Source of the DNA: Anthoceros angustus
Lineage: Eukaryota > Plantae > Anthocerotophyta
Direction of reading: 5' to 3'
Length of the DNA: 64,000 nt
Assembly: GCA_010909165.1 (NCBI GenBank)
Contig: VJWM01000235.1
Span: 1 to 64,000, forward strand
Positions 34,828 to 49,473 of this stretch are shown here, in pieces (position 1 is the stretch's first letter; the number at the start of each line of letters is the position of its first letter). A program made the translations under genes and the position numbers. The notes under the pieces are model-generated. The model worked only from the letters and a program-made list of their open reading frames with translations. It was not told where the DNA came from and made no database searches.

Positions 34828-36816
34828 ATGTCCTCGGCAGAGCTTGCAAGCAGCTCGCGGCCCATTTGGCTGAACAAGCTAAGGGACTTGGGCTTCTCGG
34901 AGGAGGAGGCGGAGGATGCACTTGAAGACTGCGACAAGAAGGGGCAAGAGACCACCGTGGAAGCCCTAGTGAATGCTGTACTGGACCGTCGGCAGCCGAG
35001 CAGCAAGTTTGGAGTCGTTCGGGATTCTATCTTCTGCGATGAGGATGAGGATGAGGATAAGAGTAAGGATGGGGAGCAAGCGGAGGAAGAGGAGGAGCAG
35101 GAGGGGGAGGACATGGCGCAGCTCGGGGACCAAGGTGAGGTGAATGATCGAGGCAAGGCAAAGGTGTTGGACCAGCCTGATCACCGATGGCGCCAGCTGC
35201 GAGGAATGGGCTACGAGCGTGATCTTGTCAGCCTGGCATTGAGCAACAGCGGTGAAAGCGCGACTGTGGCGGATTTGGTTGATTGGATGTCAGCTTACAC
35301 GGTGAGTGACCTTCTTCCCAGCAACATGCCGGAGCCGGAGCCGGAGCCGCAGCAGGAGGATGGTGAACCGCCGGGTGTAATTGATGGCTTGAAGAAGGTT
35401 CTTCCGTACGAGCTGTGGGCTGATTACGAAGAACAGGTTTTGAAGCACGGCTGTAAGGATGTGGCTGAGGCTCTGGACCTGATTGATGCTTTGCGATACC
35501 AGGAGAAGTTGGACGCGGCTGAAAGGCCGGGGACTTCACAGCCATCGGGCTCTTCACAGCCACCGGGCATGCCTTGTAGCAAGAACGGTATGGAGGACCC
35601 GTCCGAGTTCTGGGACTGTGAAGACGTGGACGCCTACGACTTGGGCTGTACCTCGCCTCCAGGGGAGAGCGAGGAAGAGGAGCTCACAATAAGTGTGACT
35701 AAGAGGAGAAAGACTGAAAAGCGCGGGCGCTCCACTGTCCTTACTTCCGAGAAGGAGGAGAAAGTTAAGTTGAACAGCAAGGATGGGAAGACAGGATTCG
35801 GTGTGCCCGGCAGGGGATTCATTCCGAGGCAGATCGGGGAGAAGTCACTGGCTCAGGCACCTTACTTCTACTTCGAGAACGTGGCATCCATGCCCAAGGA
35901 CCAGTGGGCCGAGATTACTCGGCATCTCTACAGCATCGAACCTGAGTTTGTGGACTCCCTTCACTTCTCGGCTTGCAGACGCCCCAGAGGATACATCCAC
36001 AATCTGCCGGTGGAAGGCAGGCAGCTCATCATTCCGCCACCGCCTATGACTTTGCAGGAGCTGTTTCCGGACACGTGGGGCAGGCACTGGCCTGAGTGGG
36101 ACCCCAGGCAGAAGCTCAACTGCATTGACACCAAGTCAGCGTGTCATAGCATGGTGCAGCGGCTGTCTGCCACCATCAAGAGTGAACGCATCTCGGGTGA
36201 TAAGGGGATGCAAGTGGAGTGTGTCAGGTTTTCGAAGAAATGGAACTTGGTCTGGACTGGCCCCAATCAATTATCCCCACTCGCATGCGAGGAGATAGAA
36301 ACTCTCATGGGCTACGACCAAGGCCACACCAGAGGCGTGGTGAACAGAGTTGATCGGTGTAAGGCTCTGGGAAACAGCTTCCAGGTTAACACCGTTGCCT
36401 ATCACTTATCGGTCCTGAAGCCTCTTTATCCTGCAGGTATGAAGGTGATCTCCATTTTTGCCGGCATAGGAGGTGCGGAGGTTGCTCTGCATAAGATTGG
36501 CATCAAGTTGAACGTCCTGGTTAGTGTAGAAATAGAAGACAAGGTCAGGCAAGTAGTTCAGAATTGGTGGGATGTGACAGAGCAACAGGGTATACTCGTC
36601 CATGATATCAAGAATGTGAAGGATTTGACCAGGGTGAAGATGGTGGCTCTCAGGGAAAGATTTGGCAAATTTGATTTGCTCATCGGGGGAAGCCCCTGCA
36701 ACAATCTGACCGGCAACAACAGATATACGCGAACGGGGCTGCAGGGACCAGATTCATACTTGTTCCATGACTACAAGCGGATTCTGTATGATTTTAGGGA
36801 GCTAATGCGAAACTAG
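34828..36816 (+). CDS. DRM: DOMAINS REARRANGED METHYLTRANSFERASE (de novo C5 DNA methyltransferase), single coding exon
   Basis: UBA-like segments (LRDLGFSEEEAEDAL, LRGMGYERDLVSLAL). Rearranged motif order VI (YFENV), VIII (RRPRGYIHNLP), X (LGNSFQ), I (FAGIGG), IV (GGSPCNNL) with the catalytic Cys intact. Confidence 0.96.
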   Translation: MSSAELASSSRPIWLNKLRDLGFSEEEAEDALEDCDKKGQETTVEALVNAVLDRRQPSSKFGVVRDSIFCDEDEDEDKSKDGEQAEEEEEQEGEDMAQLGDQGEVNDRGKAKVLDQPDHRWRQLRGMGYERDLVSLALSNSGESATVADLVDWMSAYTVSDLLPSNMPEPEPEPQQEDGEPPGVIDGLKKVLPYELWADYEEQVLKHGCKDVAEALDLIDALRYQEKLDAAERPGTSQPSGSSQPPGMPCSKNGMEDPSEFWDCEDVDAYDLGCTSPPGESEEEELTISVTKRRKTEKRGRSTVLTSEKEEKVKLNSKDGKTGFGVPGRGFIPRQIGEKSLAQAPYFYFENVASMPKDQWAEITRHLYSIEPEFVDSLHFSACRRPRGYIHNLPVEGRQLIIPPPPMTLQELFPDTWGRHWPEWDPRQKLNCIDTKSACHSMVQRLSATIKSERISGDKGMQVECVRFSKKWNLVWTGPNQLSPLACEEIETLMGYDQGHTRGVVNRVDRCKALGNSFQVNTVAYHLSVLKPLYPAGMKVISIFAGIGGAEVALHKIGIKLNVLVSVEIEDKVRQVVQNWWDVTEQQGILVHDIKNVKDLTRVKMVALRERFGKFDLLIGGSPCNNLTGNNRYTRTGLQGPDSYLFHDYKRILYDFRELMRN

Positions 36817-37988
36817 AATATGGCTGAAGCGGAAATGACAAGAAAAAAAAGAGTAGAGTATGGATGAAGCGGAGATGACAAGAAAAAAGTTACGTATCGG
36901 ACCACTCTCTCATGTAAGAGAAAAGCTCTCTTTGCGTGGCTTTCATGTTTTGGATATTGTGGTTGTTTCTCACGTGGTCTTTTGGGCTGTGATTTGCTTC
37001 AGGACTGGAAGCGCTACTTAGAAGCGTGCAGACATCGAGTAGATTGATCGGCACGTTTTCTCTTTTGCACTCTACATCTCAATTCGGGAGCAGATTCGTT
37101 TAGGAGAGTCTCTGAACCGGCAAAGCTCGGACAGGGGCCACTGAGAAAGCAACGCTATTGAAATTTTTGGTCATTGAGATACATTGGCAGATGGATATGG
37201 TCACTGACAACGGCTCACAGAAAACTAGATAGATGGGTGGCTGTGGGCACCGGGAACAGCTTACAGATGACGAGATATGTAGATAGATGTCTATGGCACT
37301 GCGAACAACTCACAAAAATCTTCTCAACGGACCTGTCGAACGACGCTCCCCACTAGGGTGATCCGATGCTGGAACACCGCTCTGGTGTTATTGCTCCAGG
37401 ACACTCTGCTTCTGGACGTAGTCCGAACTGATCAGGTGTTTTCACACGATACTACGAAAGCTTGTAAATAGCGAACAAACCGGGAGCTCACTTCTAGAAC
37501 GGGCGAAGAGGGGTTAACAACAGCCACCCGGGACGAACGCAGATCCACAGCAAACCCCAGTGACAACGACGGGCGAAAGAATTCCTTGAGGACAAATTGA
37601 AAACACTACATTGAGCCAAGTAACATCATACCGCGAGAGTGAAGGCTAAGACCTGCTAACCCTAACCAAGTACAATGCCACCAGGGTGACCATATTTGTT
37701 GAGCAGCTGAATGAAGAATGTGGAACATTCAGAGCTTCCATGTGAAATCCTGAAACAGGTCCCATACAACATCTCCTAGCTCTTTCGGACGGCCGCTTGA
37801 CAGAGAAACTCTGCCAAATGCTATGACCGCACGGCCACTTCAGCTCAACCTGGAGCCCTAGAAGCACCCATACAAACGTCCTGTCTGCAGCGCAAGAAGT
37901 AATCAGATCAGGCAAGGTCCTTCAGCTAGAAATGCGGATGGAGGCCATTTCTACGCACTTCACAAGCTCAGACTCCGATGCCTTTCGC

Positions 37989-38260
37989 TCAAACTTCAAC
38001 CGTGATGTCGCCTTTGTCCAACCTGTCGTAAAATTCCTCAACCTTCCGCCGCTCATTCACGTGATGCATCTTCCAAAAGCTGGCTCCTGCACCCCCGTCC
38101 GCGGTCAGGTGCATTCCGGAGAGACAGCAGAAAGCGGAGGGGATGGAGGAGGCTCACCGAAGACGCCGAGAACAGTTCCGTAGACAATCTCCATGACCAG
38201 ATTGGGCTTGGCCTTGGTCGCATTCGACACCACCGCGTGAACATGCTTCGCTCCCGCCAT
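37989..38260 (-). CDS. COX5C: Cytochrome c oxidase subunit 5C, 66 aa; 2 exons (38260-38158, 38086-37989); not in the ORF track
   Basis: Spliced MAGAKHVHAVVSNATKAKPNLVMEIVYGTVLGVFGASFWKMHHVNERRKVEEFYDRLDKGDITVEV matches the plant COX5C pattern (WKMHH.N..R...FYD.L.KG.I.V); 71-nt GT-AG intron. Confidence 0.92.
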
Positions 38261-38893
38261 GGTTCACACAGTTGCTGGCTATTCGCCTCCGGCTTGCTGT
38301 CGACACACGTGACACCTCTAGCACCAAGAGACTCGGGAAGGCAGAGGAAACGAAAGGGAAGATCTGGAATGTCTCTCAACTGAACCCCCGCGGCACGGCA
38401 CGACGTGCGTTGCGAGGGTTGAGTCTGACGTCAATATAACTAAAAAAGAAAGGAGTTCCTTGGGCGCCGGGCCACAAATTACAAGAAAAATCTGTACATA
38501 GGCTATATATGTAAGCAACTTAGGGGAGCTGGGGTTATTACTTCTCGCACGGTTTGTGAGCTCTGCATCACTTCTCACTTCTTCCCTCCGCACACGACAC
38601 TGATTGTCTGCGGCTCTTTCTTCATTGCCGCCAGATTTCTCCTCGGGACATCTGATTTCCTGCGTGCGAGCGGAGGTGCGTTTCCTGCTTGTTTGCATCT
38701 CGATTTTTCCCTGGTTTTTGCGTGAGATCCCGTCAACGTTCCGCACGCTGTTGGTGTCTGGATCTGGTTTTGGATCGGCCTAGTGATGTTGCTGGCGGCG
38801 TCCTATTTTGTCGAGCAACTGCGCCTGCTGTAATTTCTGTGAATTCTGCCTTGTTGCGCTCAGGAATTTTTAAGCTGGTTATCTTGCGGCGAG

Positions 38894-40061
38894 ATGGAGC
38901 AGAGCAACGGCAGCGAGGCAAGCCACAACCAAGATGGTTTGAAGAAGAACAGGATACAGGTTTCCAACACGAAGAAGCCTCTCTTCTTCTATGTCAATCT
39001 TGCCAAGGTGCGGCTCCTTTCTCGGCGCTGTCGTCTCTGATGAGTCCTGGAATGTGGTGTGTTACTTGTCGAGGATAGCTAGGAAGGCGTCTTAATTGTG
39101 TTGTTGACAGCGATTAGCTGTAGGCGTCATTGACAGCCTCCTCGGGAACCGAGGGTTGATGAGTAGCAATTGCCACCCCAAGCTGGACTGGAGATTCTAG
39201 CAGTAGGGATCTCAGGATCTTAGGTAATTAAGTAGCCACCGTCAGGCGAGCTGACGTGTTAGGATTGTTTGAGGTCCTGTCAGCAGGCGGTATAGAGAGT
39301 TTTTCTCCTTGTAGCCGAGAGTTAGGCACGGCTAGCACGTTCTGTGTTTTGTGTCAAGTGCCTTCTCCTCCAGCTTTTCGGCTTGGCTTGTTGTTGCAGA
39401 GATTCATGCAGCAGTATGAGGAGGTGGAGCTCTCCGCTCTTGGAATGGGTGAGTATTTCTTACTCCTAGTCTCTTTGTTCCCGAGATGCTGCGTTCTGTA
39501 AATCTAGGGTGTGGCAGGACAATGCACTGTTGTCAAGCATTCTGATCTGCAATCACGACTGTTTTTGTGGATGTATTTCCTCCGGTCAATCTTTCGGACT
39601 CACTTGACTAAATGCTGTGACACAAGACTCACTTGTTTCTTACGGTTGGCAGCTATTGCGACTGTGGTGACTGTTGTTGAGATCCTCAAGAACAATGGAT
39701 TGGCAGTGGAGAAAAGTAGGTTTTGTTTGGTGGTTTTCATTCTAATGTTGGCGTGGCCGGGGTTGATTTAGATTCAGCGTGCCTGACTTGTTTGGATGTT
39801 ATGTCCATTTTGCAGAGATTTTCACGTCTACAATTGACATGGGTGACGAGGCGAGGGGCCGTCCTGTGCAAAAAGCCAAGGTCTGCCTGCCGAACCGTTT
39901 ATTTGGTAATAGTGGTATGCTCTCGTCAGACCTTCATTTGTGGACTGAGGGTTGGCTGGCCTTTCTTTCAGATGGAGATCGTTTTGGGGAAGTCCGAACA
40001 GTTTGACGAGCTCATGGCAGCATCGGCTGAGGAGAATGGGTCCACAAACCAGACTGAATGA
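38894..40061 (+). CDS. Alba DNA/RNA-binding protein; 5 exons (38894-39007, 39400-39448, 39653-39715, 39816-39880, 39972-40061)
   Basis: KKNRIQVSNTKKPLFFYVNLAKRFMQQYEEVELSALGMAIATVVTVVEILKNNG...EIVLGKSEQFDELM; all introns GT-AG and in phase. Confidence 0.95.
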
Positions 40062-40413
40062 GTGAAGTAGTTCTCTGGACTGTGTAGCATAGATTCATTG
40101 TAGACTGCAGAGTTTGGGTTGAGGTACTTCATGATTTGCATGGGCTTACTCCGAGCAAGTTTGTCCAACCTTAGCTGGTAGCCTGGCATCTGATTTCTGG
40201 CCATGGCTTGACCTGCGAAACCTAAAACTAGACTACGATAGTCAGGACTTGCAACATCTACTGAGGCTGTGGCTTGTCATGTCCAAGATCTCGACGTGGC
40301 TGAACCGCGAACCCTAGCGCTTTCGATGGTATTGACGACTAAGGCGCTTCGCCCTAACCCTACCATTCTATCGCCGACGACAAGATTGATGAACATGGTT
40401 TTCAATTAATTCT

Positions 40414-42890
<2,477 letters not shown>

Positions 42891-43235
42891 GGCCTCCACG
42901 ACTCGAGTTTTCCAATACAGACGATTGCCACCGGTAAGGTCGTTCTGCCTTCCACGTACATACTAGGGCTCTCTGAGTTGTTGCCTCATTCCTGCTCAAG
43001 GTTCTGGGTTTTTGCTACTATGTACATTCACATCGACAGGTGCATATATCTATGTGCATCGTGTATCGAGGGTTCTCACTTAATTAGTAGGTAGTGATTT
43101 TTAGTGCCTGTCGTCTATATATGCGTGTATGCCCGCAAACGCTATGTACAAATTGTTGAGTCCGATTTTAGCAACATATTCGGTCCTTCAAAATTTTCCA
43201 TGGCAACCTGACGGCGTTAGCATAGTGGCGTAATC

Positions 43236-46040
43236 ATGAAGGTGAAAGTGCTGGCCCGCTCTGAGGACGAGTTCTCAAAGGAGCGCAGTCAGGATCTGCA
43301 GGTTGGGCACTCGTACGTCAAGCCCAGCAAGCCTAATTCTTGCGTGTGATCGTTCCTCGCCTACCTAGCTTTCAAGTTGCTTGCGAAGCAGGCTACGACT
43401 CAGGGAGGCAGGACATGTCCCAACTGACGTGGAGCTTGTTCTGGTTTGGCAGAAAGTTTTCAGGAATGCAGATCCCAGTCTCCATCCGCAGAGCAGGGGT
43501 CGCGAATATGTGCGAGCTTCCAATGCAGTCAAAATGGAGAGGGTAAAGCGACTGTCCTCCCTTCTTCTATATGTGGGTGCCTGCCTCTGTTCTGGCCTCC
43601 GGAATGTGACACTGTTTTGGGCTTTCAGGTATTTGCAAAGCCGTTCATGGGAGCCCTACATGGGCACACTGATTCGATTGCTTGCATGGCTAAAAATTCG
43701 AGGCAGTTGAATACTCTTGTATCAGGCTCCTCGGACGGCGGTGAGTTATGTCCATCTGCTGCGAGAGTTGTGTCAGTTTTTCTAGCTCAGAGGTGGCTGC
43801 TGTCTGGTGGTTGACCTAATATGGTTCTGAAAAAGTGCTTTCCATTTGTTCCCTTCCTGCAGTAATCCGTCTCTGGGACATAGCTTACAGGTGAGGTTCC
43901 TCCCATCCTGCCCTTGCGCTCAAGCTCTGCTATCCTCCAGATTACTGAGACTCCAGGTCTGTGTTGTTGTAGGCGTACAGTTCGGGTTTTTCCAGGACAC
44001 ACTGGTGCCGTCAGGGGTCTAACTTTGTCCACTGATGGAGGGCGACTTGTTTCCTGCGGGGATGACTGTACGTAAGTGTAGTTGTCTGCTTTCTTACTGG
44101 GAACAGGTTTTTCTTGAGTAGCTAACTGTTGAGGATGATTTGAGAATATTGATCACTCATAGATAGACTGACTCATTTTATGCTTCAGCGTAAGGCTTTG
44201 GCGGCTTCCTCAGTTTGTTGTTGGTGATGCAACTGGAGAGTCAGTAGATGTCGAACAGGTACTCTTCAATCCCTCTGTATTTGGTATCATCGCTATCAAA
44301 GAAGCCTTTACGTGTTTTGGATCGCTAGACCTTATTCTGGAGGTGACAACAGTGCTGTATCTTTGTCCCCTAGCCTTTGGCAGTATATCAAGGAAAGAAT
44401 TCGTTCAGAGCAGTCGACCATCAATGGAATACACCAAAATTTGCAACTGGGGGAGCTCAGGTGGACATTTGGGATCACAACAGGTGGACTAACTGGATGG
44501 ACTGCCGAAATGCAGCTGGTTTCATTATTCTGCATGGTAGTTTGGGCTCATGTGTTTCTGGTCGTGATCCTCGTTTTTTGACGGGGTTGTACAGGTCGGA
44601 GCCGCTGAAAACTTTCTCCTGGGGGTCTGATACTGTTATCTCAGTGCGGTTTAACCCTGCTGAGCATGATGTGTTTGCTACCACAGCCAGGTCAGATTGA
44701 ATCTCATGTAGTGTCTTTGCACGTGCTGCTGACTGGGACTGAATTTGTAGATGCTGATTTTCCAATGCTTTTCTCCAGTGACCGCAGCATAGCTCTGTAT
44801 GACCTGCGATTAGGCACCCCTGTGCGAAAATTAGTCATGCAAACTAGGACCAATATGGTTGCTTGGAATCCTCAAGAACCAATGAACTTCACCGCAGTGA
44901 GTCTCAAATCTCTGCTGCTTATAGATCTTCCAAAAAGTGCTGCTTGAGGTACCTGATGTTACGAAGTCTGATGAAGCTCTTTCTCTGACTGCAGGCGAAT
45001 GAGGATTCTAATTGTTACAGTTATGATATGCGGAAGCTGAACTACTCTACTTGTGTCCACAAAGGCCATGTTTCCGCCGTGTGAGTGATATTTCTTTTTC
45101 GACCTTGGCCATTGGCGTCGTGAACTAAGTCAGGATAGGCATCAACACTGTACACGTCTGTGTGCTAAAACATGGTTGTTGTGGTGTAAACCAGATTGGA
45201 CCTTGATTATTCACCAACGGGACGAGAGTTTGTGACAGGCTCCTATGACAGAACAGTAAGTGACCCAAACCTTTAGCAGCCTCTACGATGTCAAGTGGGC
45301 CAACGAAAGAGGTAACAACTGACACTGCTGTCTTCCAGGTGAGGCTGTTCGCCTACAACGGGGGTCATTCCAGGGAAACATACCACACGAAGCGGATGCA
45401 AAGGTGTGGATTCTGCTAATCCATGTCGTCCCTTTCTTGGGTTTTGTCATCCTACCCGTGCTGACCGTCCTTCCTCGCTCTAGGGTATTCTGTGTCAAAT
45501 TCAGCAACGACGGCACGTATGTTCTATCTGGAAGCGATGACACCAACATTCGCCTCTGGAAGGCAAATTCGTCACAGCAGCTGGGTGTTGTGAGTTATCT
45601 ATCATTTGCCTGAAGCTTTCTTTCCTTCCAACGGGTTACGCTCATCATCAACTGCTGGATGCTTCCAGCTTAAGCTGAAATGGTCATCCTCCAACTCGTG
45701 TGCAGCTTCTTCCCAGAGAAAAACAAAAGCAGGCCTACCTTACAGCTGTGAAGCAGCGGTACAATCACCTCCCCGACATCAAGCGTATCGACAGGTACGG
45801 TGTCTGTTGCATTGGAACGGGGTACTGACGAGCTGCTCAGGGTTATCAAATCTCACGGACAGTCTCATCTCCCCTTTCAGACATCGACATCTTCCAAAGG
45901 CAATCTACAAGGCTAGTAAGCTACGTCACACAATGGACGAGGCCGAAAGGAAGCGGGAGAGCAGGAAGAGGGCGCACAGTGCTCCGGATGCTCCAAGACA
46001 ATCAGCTAGAAAGAAAAGAATCGTCGCCGAACTGGAGTAA
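43236..46040 (+). CDS. DCAF13: DCAF13/SOF1 WD40 protein (SSU processome), multi-exon
   Basis: MKVKVLARSEDEFSKERSQDLQ, FRNADPSLHPQ, DRSIALYDLR, YHTKRMQRVFCVKFS.DGTYVLSGSDDTNIRLWKAN, HRHLPKAIYKA. Confidence 0.95.
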
Positions 46041-47005
46041 GCCAGAGGCATTTGTAGCTCCATGTAAAACACGGAAATTTGGAATCCATCACTATCTCGT
46101 CTTTTGCTTGTTTCTCTCCAAGTGCGCCGGAATGTCGTGATCGTCACGGAAGGACTTCAATTTCGACGTGTTTGTCTTCCGATCACTTGTGCCCGGTGAT
46201 GTGGGCCAGGCCGTCCCTGGACATGTTCTAAGAGGTCCAAGTATGCGGGGCTCCTACCATCGTGGTGTGTTCGCCGTTCTTGGAGTCCCGATTGTCAAGG
46301 CTTGAGACAGAATTGGCAGTGTCCCGAGCATCTTTTTTGGTTTGCTAGTAGTAGTAAATTCGCAGCTCAAGCCTGTCTGTGATAATCTGCAAGTTATGCT
46401 CGGCAGCCTGCGTGCCCGACCGTTGTAGGACCTGATGTGCGCTCATCATCGGGAGGCGTCGAATTGGATAATCAGCTGCATGTGATCATGTTGGTCTCAC
46501 AACTGGACGACTCCTTAGCTGTCCATGTGTCTGGATTCTTGGAGATGAACTAAGAACTAGGTCTGTCAGATATGGCAGCCGCACTAGAGGTTGTTGCTGG
46601 TACATCCCTCACCAGCCTTCATAGAGTGCCTGTCCGTACGGCTCCGAGAGGAATCACGTCGGGCGGGCAGCTGACCAGGGCCGGATTGGGGTGGTGAGAG
46701 TTGTTTTTTTCGAATACTTGGCATGTGCCGTAGAGGTGGACAGGAACACACAAGCAACGTCGACTCTGCTTTGTTTTTGTCTTCCATATCGCTACTCATG
46801 TTTCCCTTGATGACCGTGTGCTGCTTGGAGAGAAGTTTCGTTCTTTTCAGGAGGGCTAGCATCCATGCGTTGGCTACTAGATTTTCCTCATCGTATTTTG
46901 GCCGTCTCCCTTCGAATCTCTCTTCGCTGGAACGTGGACGGGTTGACTGTTGTTCAAAGACTTGTGGGACAGTGAGATTGTTTGCACCGGTTCCATTTGG
47001 ATGAT

Positions 47006-49065
47006 ATGGGTAGTCTTTTACAAGATGACTTTGAATTCTGGCGCAGGACGAAAGCTGGAAAGGCTGGTAAAGCTGGAGAGCCTCTCGAAGTTGTCGCGAA
47101 TCCTGAGGGTCTTAACAAGGAGATCCTCGAAAGATTTCATAAGTTGAAGGAGCCTTACAAGTCTTCTTCGATTATCAAAAACAGGCATGTGGAGACGCTG
47201 TTTGCAGCATTTTTCCGTACTCTTCCCGATGTCAAATACAGACGAGAGTACCTTAGGATGGAAGATGGAGGCACGGTGGCTCTTGACTGGCCCATAGATG
47301 GACCGGACGGTGATAAGTGGAAGACAGAACTTTCTGAAGCTGCTCCGGTGGTGGTGTTGCTGGTTTGTTCCAAACCCCAGGCGAAACCTGAGCGTCCTGT
47401 TGCTTCTGTGGGACATCCATTTTGCTTTTGCTTGTTACCCTTGTGTGTCTTGGATTTTCGTAATCGTTATCTGTTGAATGCCAGCCGGGTCTAACAGGGG
47501 GTAGTGGGGATACATACGTGAGGCACATGCTGCTACGTTTAAGACGACATGGATGGAGGCCTGTGGTTTTTAACAGTCGTGGTTGTGGAGATAGCCCGGT
47601 TACCTCTCCTCAGGTCCCAACAGCGGCTTCAAGTTCTCTTCTGTTTATTTCAACACTTCTCATTCAACTGGAACATCTCACAGATAGAAGAGACTTACCA
47701 TGAACAACGTTGTTGTGGGTTCATGCAGTTCTACTCTGCTTCTTTTACAGAAGACCTCCGGCAGGTTGTGAAGCATGTGGGTGCTCGTTTTCCTTTGTCC
47801 AGACTGTATGGAGTTGGTTGGTCGTTAGGCGCCAATATTCTTATCAACTATCTAGGCCAGGTGAGCATGCTAACCAATTTGCTAGTGGGAATGCTTTCTG
47901 GGGAAGGAGGAAACCTGACTTGATTCCGGTGTGCAGGAGGGTGAGGGTTGCCCTCTCTCTGGTGCAGTCTCATTGTGCAACCCATTTAATCTTGTAATTT
48001 CGAATGAAGATTTCCGAAAAGGTTTCAACAACGTGTATGATAGAAGCCTGGGCAGAGGACTACGAAAGATCTACCAAAAGTAAGTTTCTATGGGCTGGTA
48101 TGTGTAGGCCTGTACAACAGTCTATTCTGGTAAATCAGAAGGAAGTCAAAGAAGCTAAGAGAAGAGGTCATTTTACAGACATGCGGCATTGTTCGAAGGG
48201 ATTGGAGGAGAGTATGACATGGCTTTGGTTGCAAAAGCGAAGACTGTAAGGGATTTTGATGAAGGATTAACGCGAGGTAGGACTGCAGCCGCTGCACAGG
48301 TCTGGATTGTCTACGCGTCTGCGGTTTTAAGGGTGGTGTTTGGAAGCCCAAGTTGACCTTAGCTGTTGGTTTTGTAGTGTCGTTTGGGTACAGGACGGTT
48401 GAGGAGTACTATGAAGATGCAAGCAGCTCTCGTGTTGTGAAAGACGTCACCATTCCTGTCCTGTGCATTCAGGTATACACGGCACATCTCTAGATCACTC
48501 ATCAGTATTCCATGTCAAACCTGAAATTGTCCATATCAAAGTACTGTTGGATGTGGACCTCACCTTTAAGAGTGTGTCCCACAGGCTGCTGATGATCCTA
48601 TTGCACCAATTCGCGCTACACCCCGGGCTGAGATAGAGGTACTTCCTCTTACTCCAAGACCTGTGGCAATCAAAATAATAAAAAGTATTCTCTGTCAGTT
48701 TGTAGCTCCTGCTTGCTCTCGCTGGCATGTGATCCTGATTTTTGAGGTTTGATCTGGGTCTGAGGTTTGGCTTCTGAATGTTTCCTCATAGCTCTCCTGT
48801 GGTTTAGGAAAATCGCAATTTTTTGCTGGTCATCACACCCAGTGGCGGACATCTTGGATGGATTGCGGGCGATGATGCTCCCTGGGGCTGTCCCTGGACA
48901 GATCCTTTAATTATGCAATACCTTGAAATCCTTGAAGACATTCATCAAGATAGAGTAGCCTTTGATAAAGCTGGCAAAGACGGTGGTAACGTGGAGTGTT
49001 ATAAAGTAGACGACATATACGTAGGTCCTGACAGGCGTCCAACGGAGCCCCTGGTCAGTTACTAG
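47006..49065 (+). CDS. UPF0017/ABHD1-3-like alpha/beta hydrolase (EMB8-like), multi-exon; start uncertain
   Basis: NRHVETLFAAFFR, YRREYLRMEDGGTVALDW, PGLTGGS.DTYVRH, VFNSRGC, nucleophile GWSLG, SLCNPFNL, TPSGGHLGW. Confidence 0.9.
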
Positions 49066-49473
49066 AGCCTTTTCACGTCCGTTTCCGGTTTGGTGAAATC
49101 AAACCGTATGAGTACCAGACTAGGCATTGAACTCGTTTGGTGGTATGAAACCAAGTTGGCCCCTTCATGTCTAAATTGGCTGTGGAACATCGGTGTCATG
49201 TAATCTTCTTTGCCCTTCCTTACAATATAAGGAGGGCACAGGAAAGTTTGACGTGCAGGTTGTTTGTCCAGATATTTGCGTGCCTCAGGAAATGCTGTGT
49301 GGCCAAGGGGTAGGCTGTAGCCCCTCAAGGACCTTGATGTGCTTTCTTTCCATTGGCCATCCTGCTGTCCACGTGCTCTGGCTCAGGTGAGTTACATCTG
49401 GTCCTGGAGACCTGGTTAAGAAGTGGCAGGGGTACTGGCTTTCTTTGGATGTTGGCAGGCTTGCTTCATCTTC

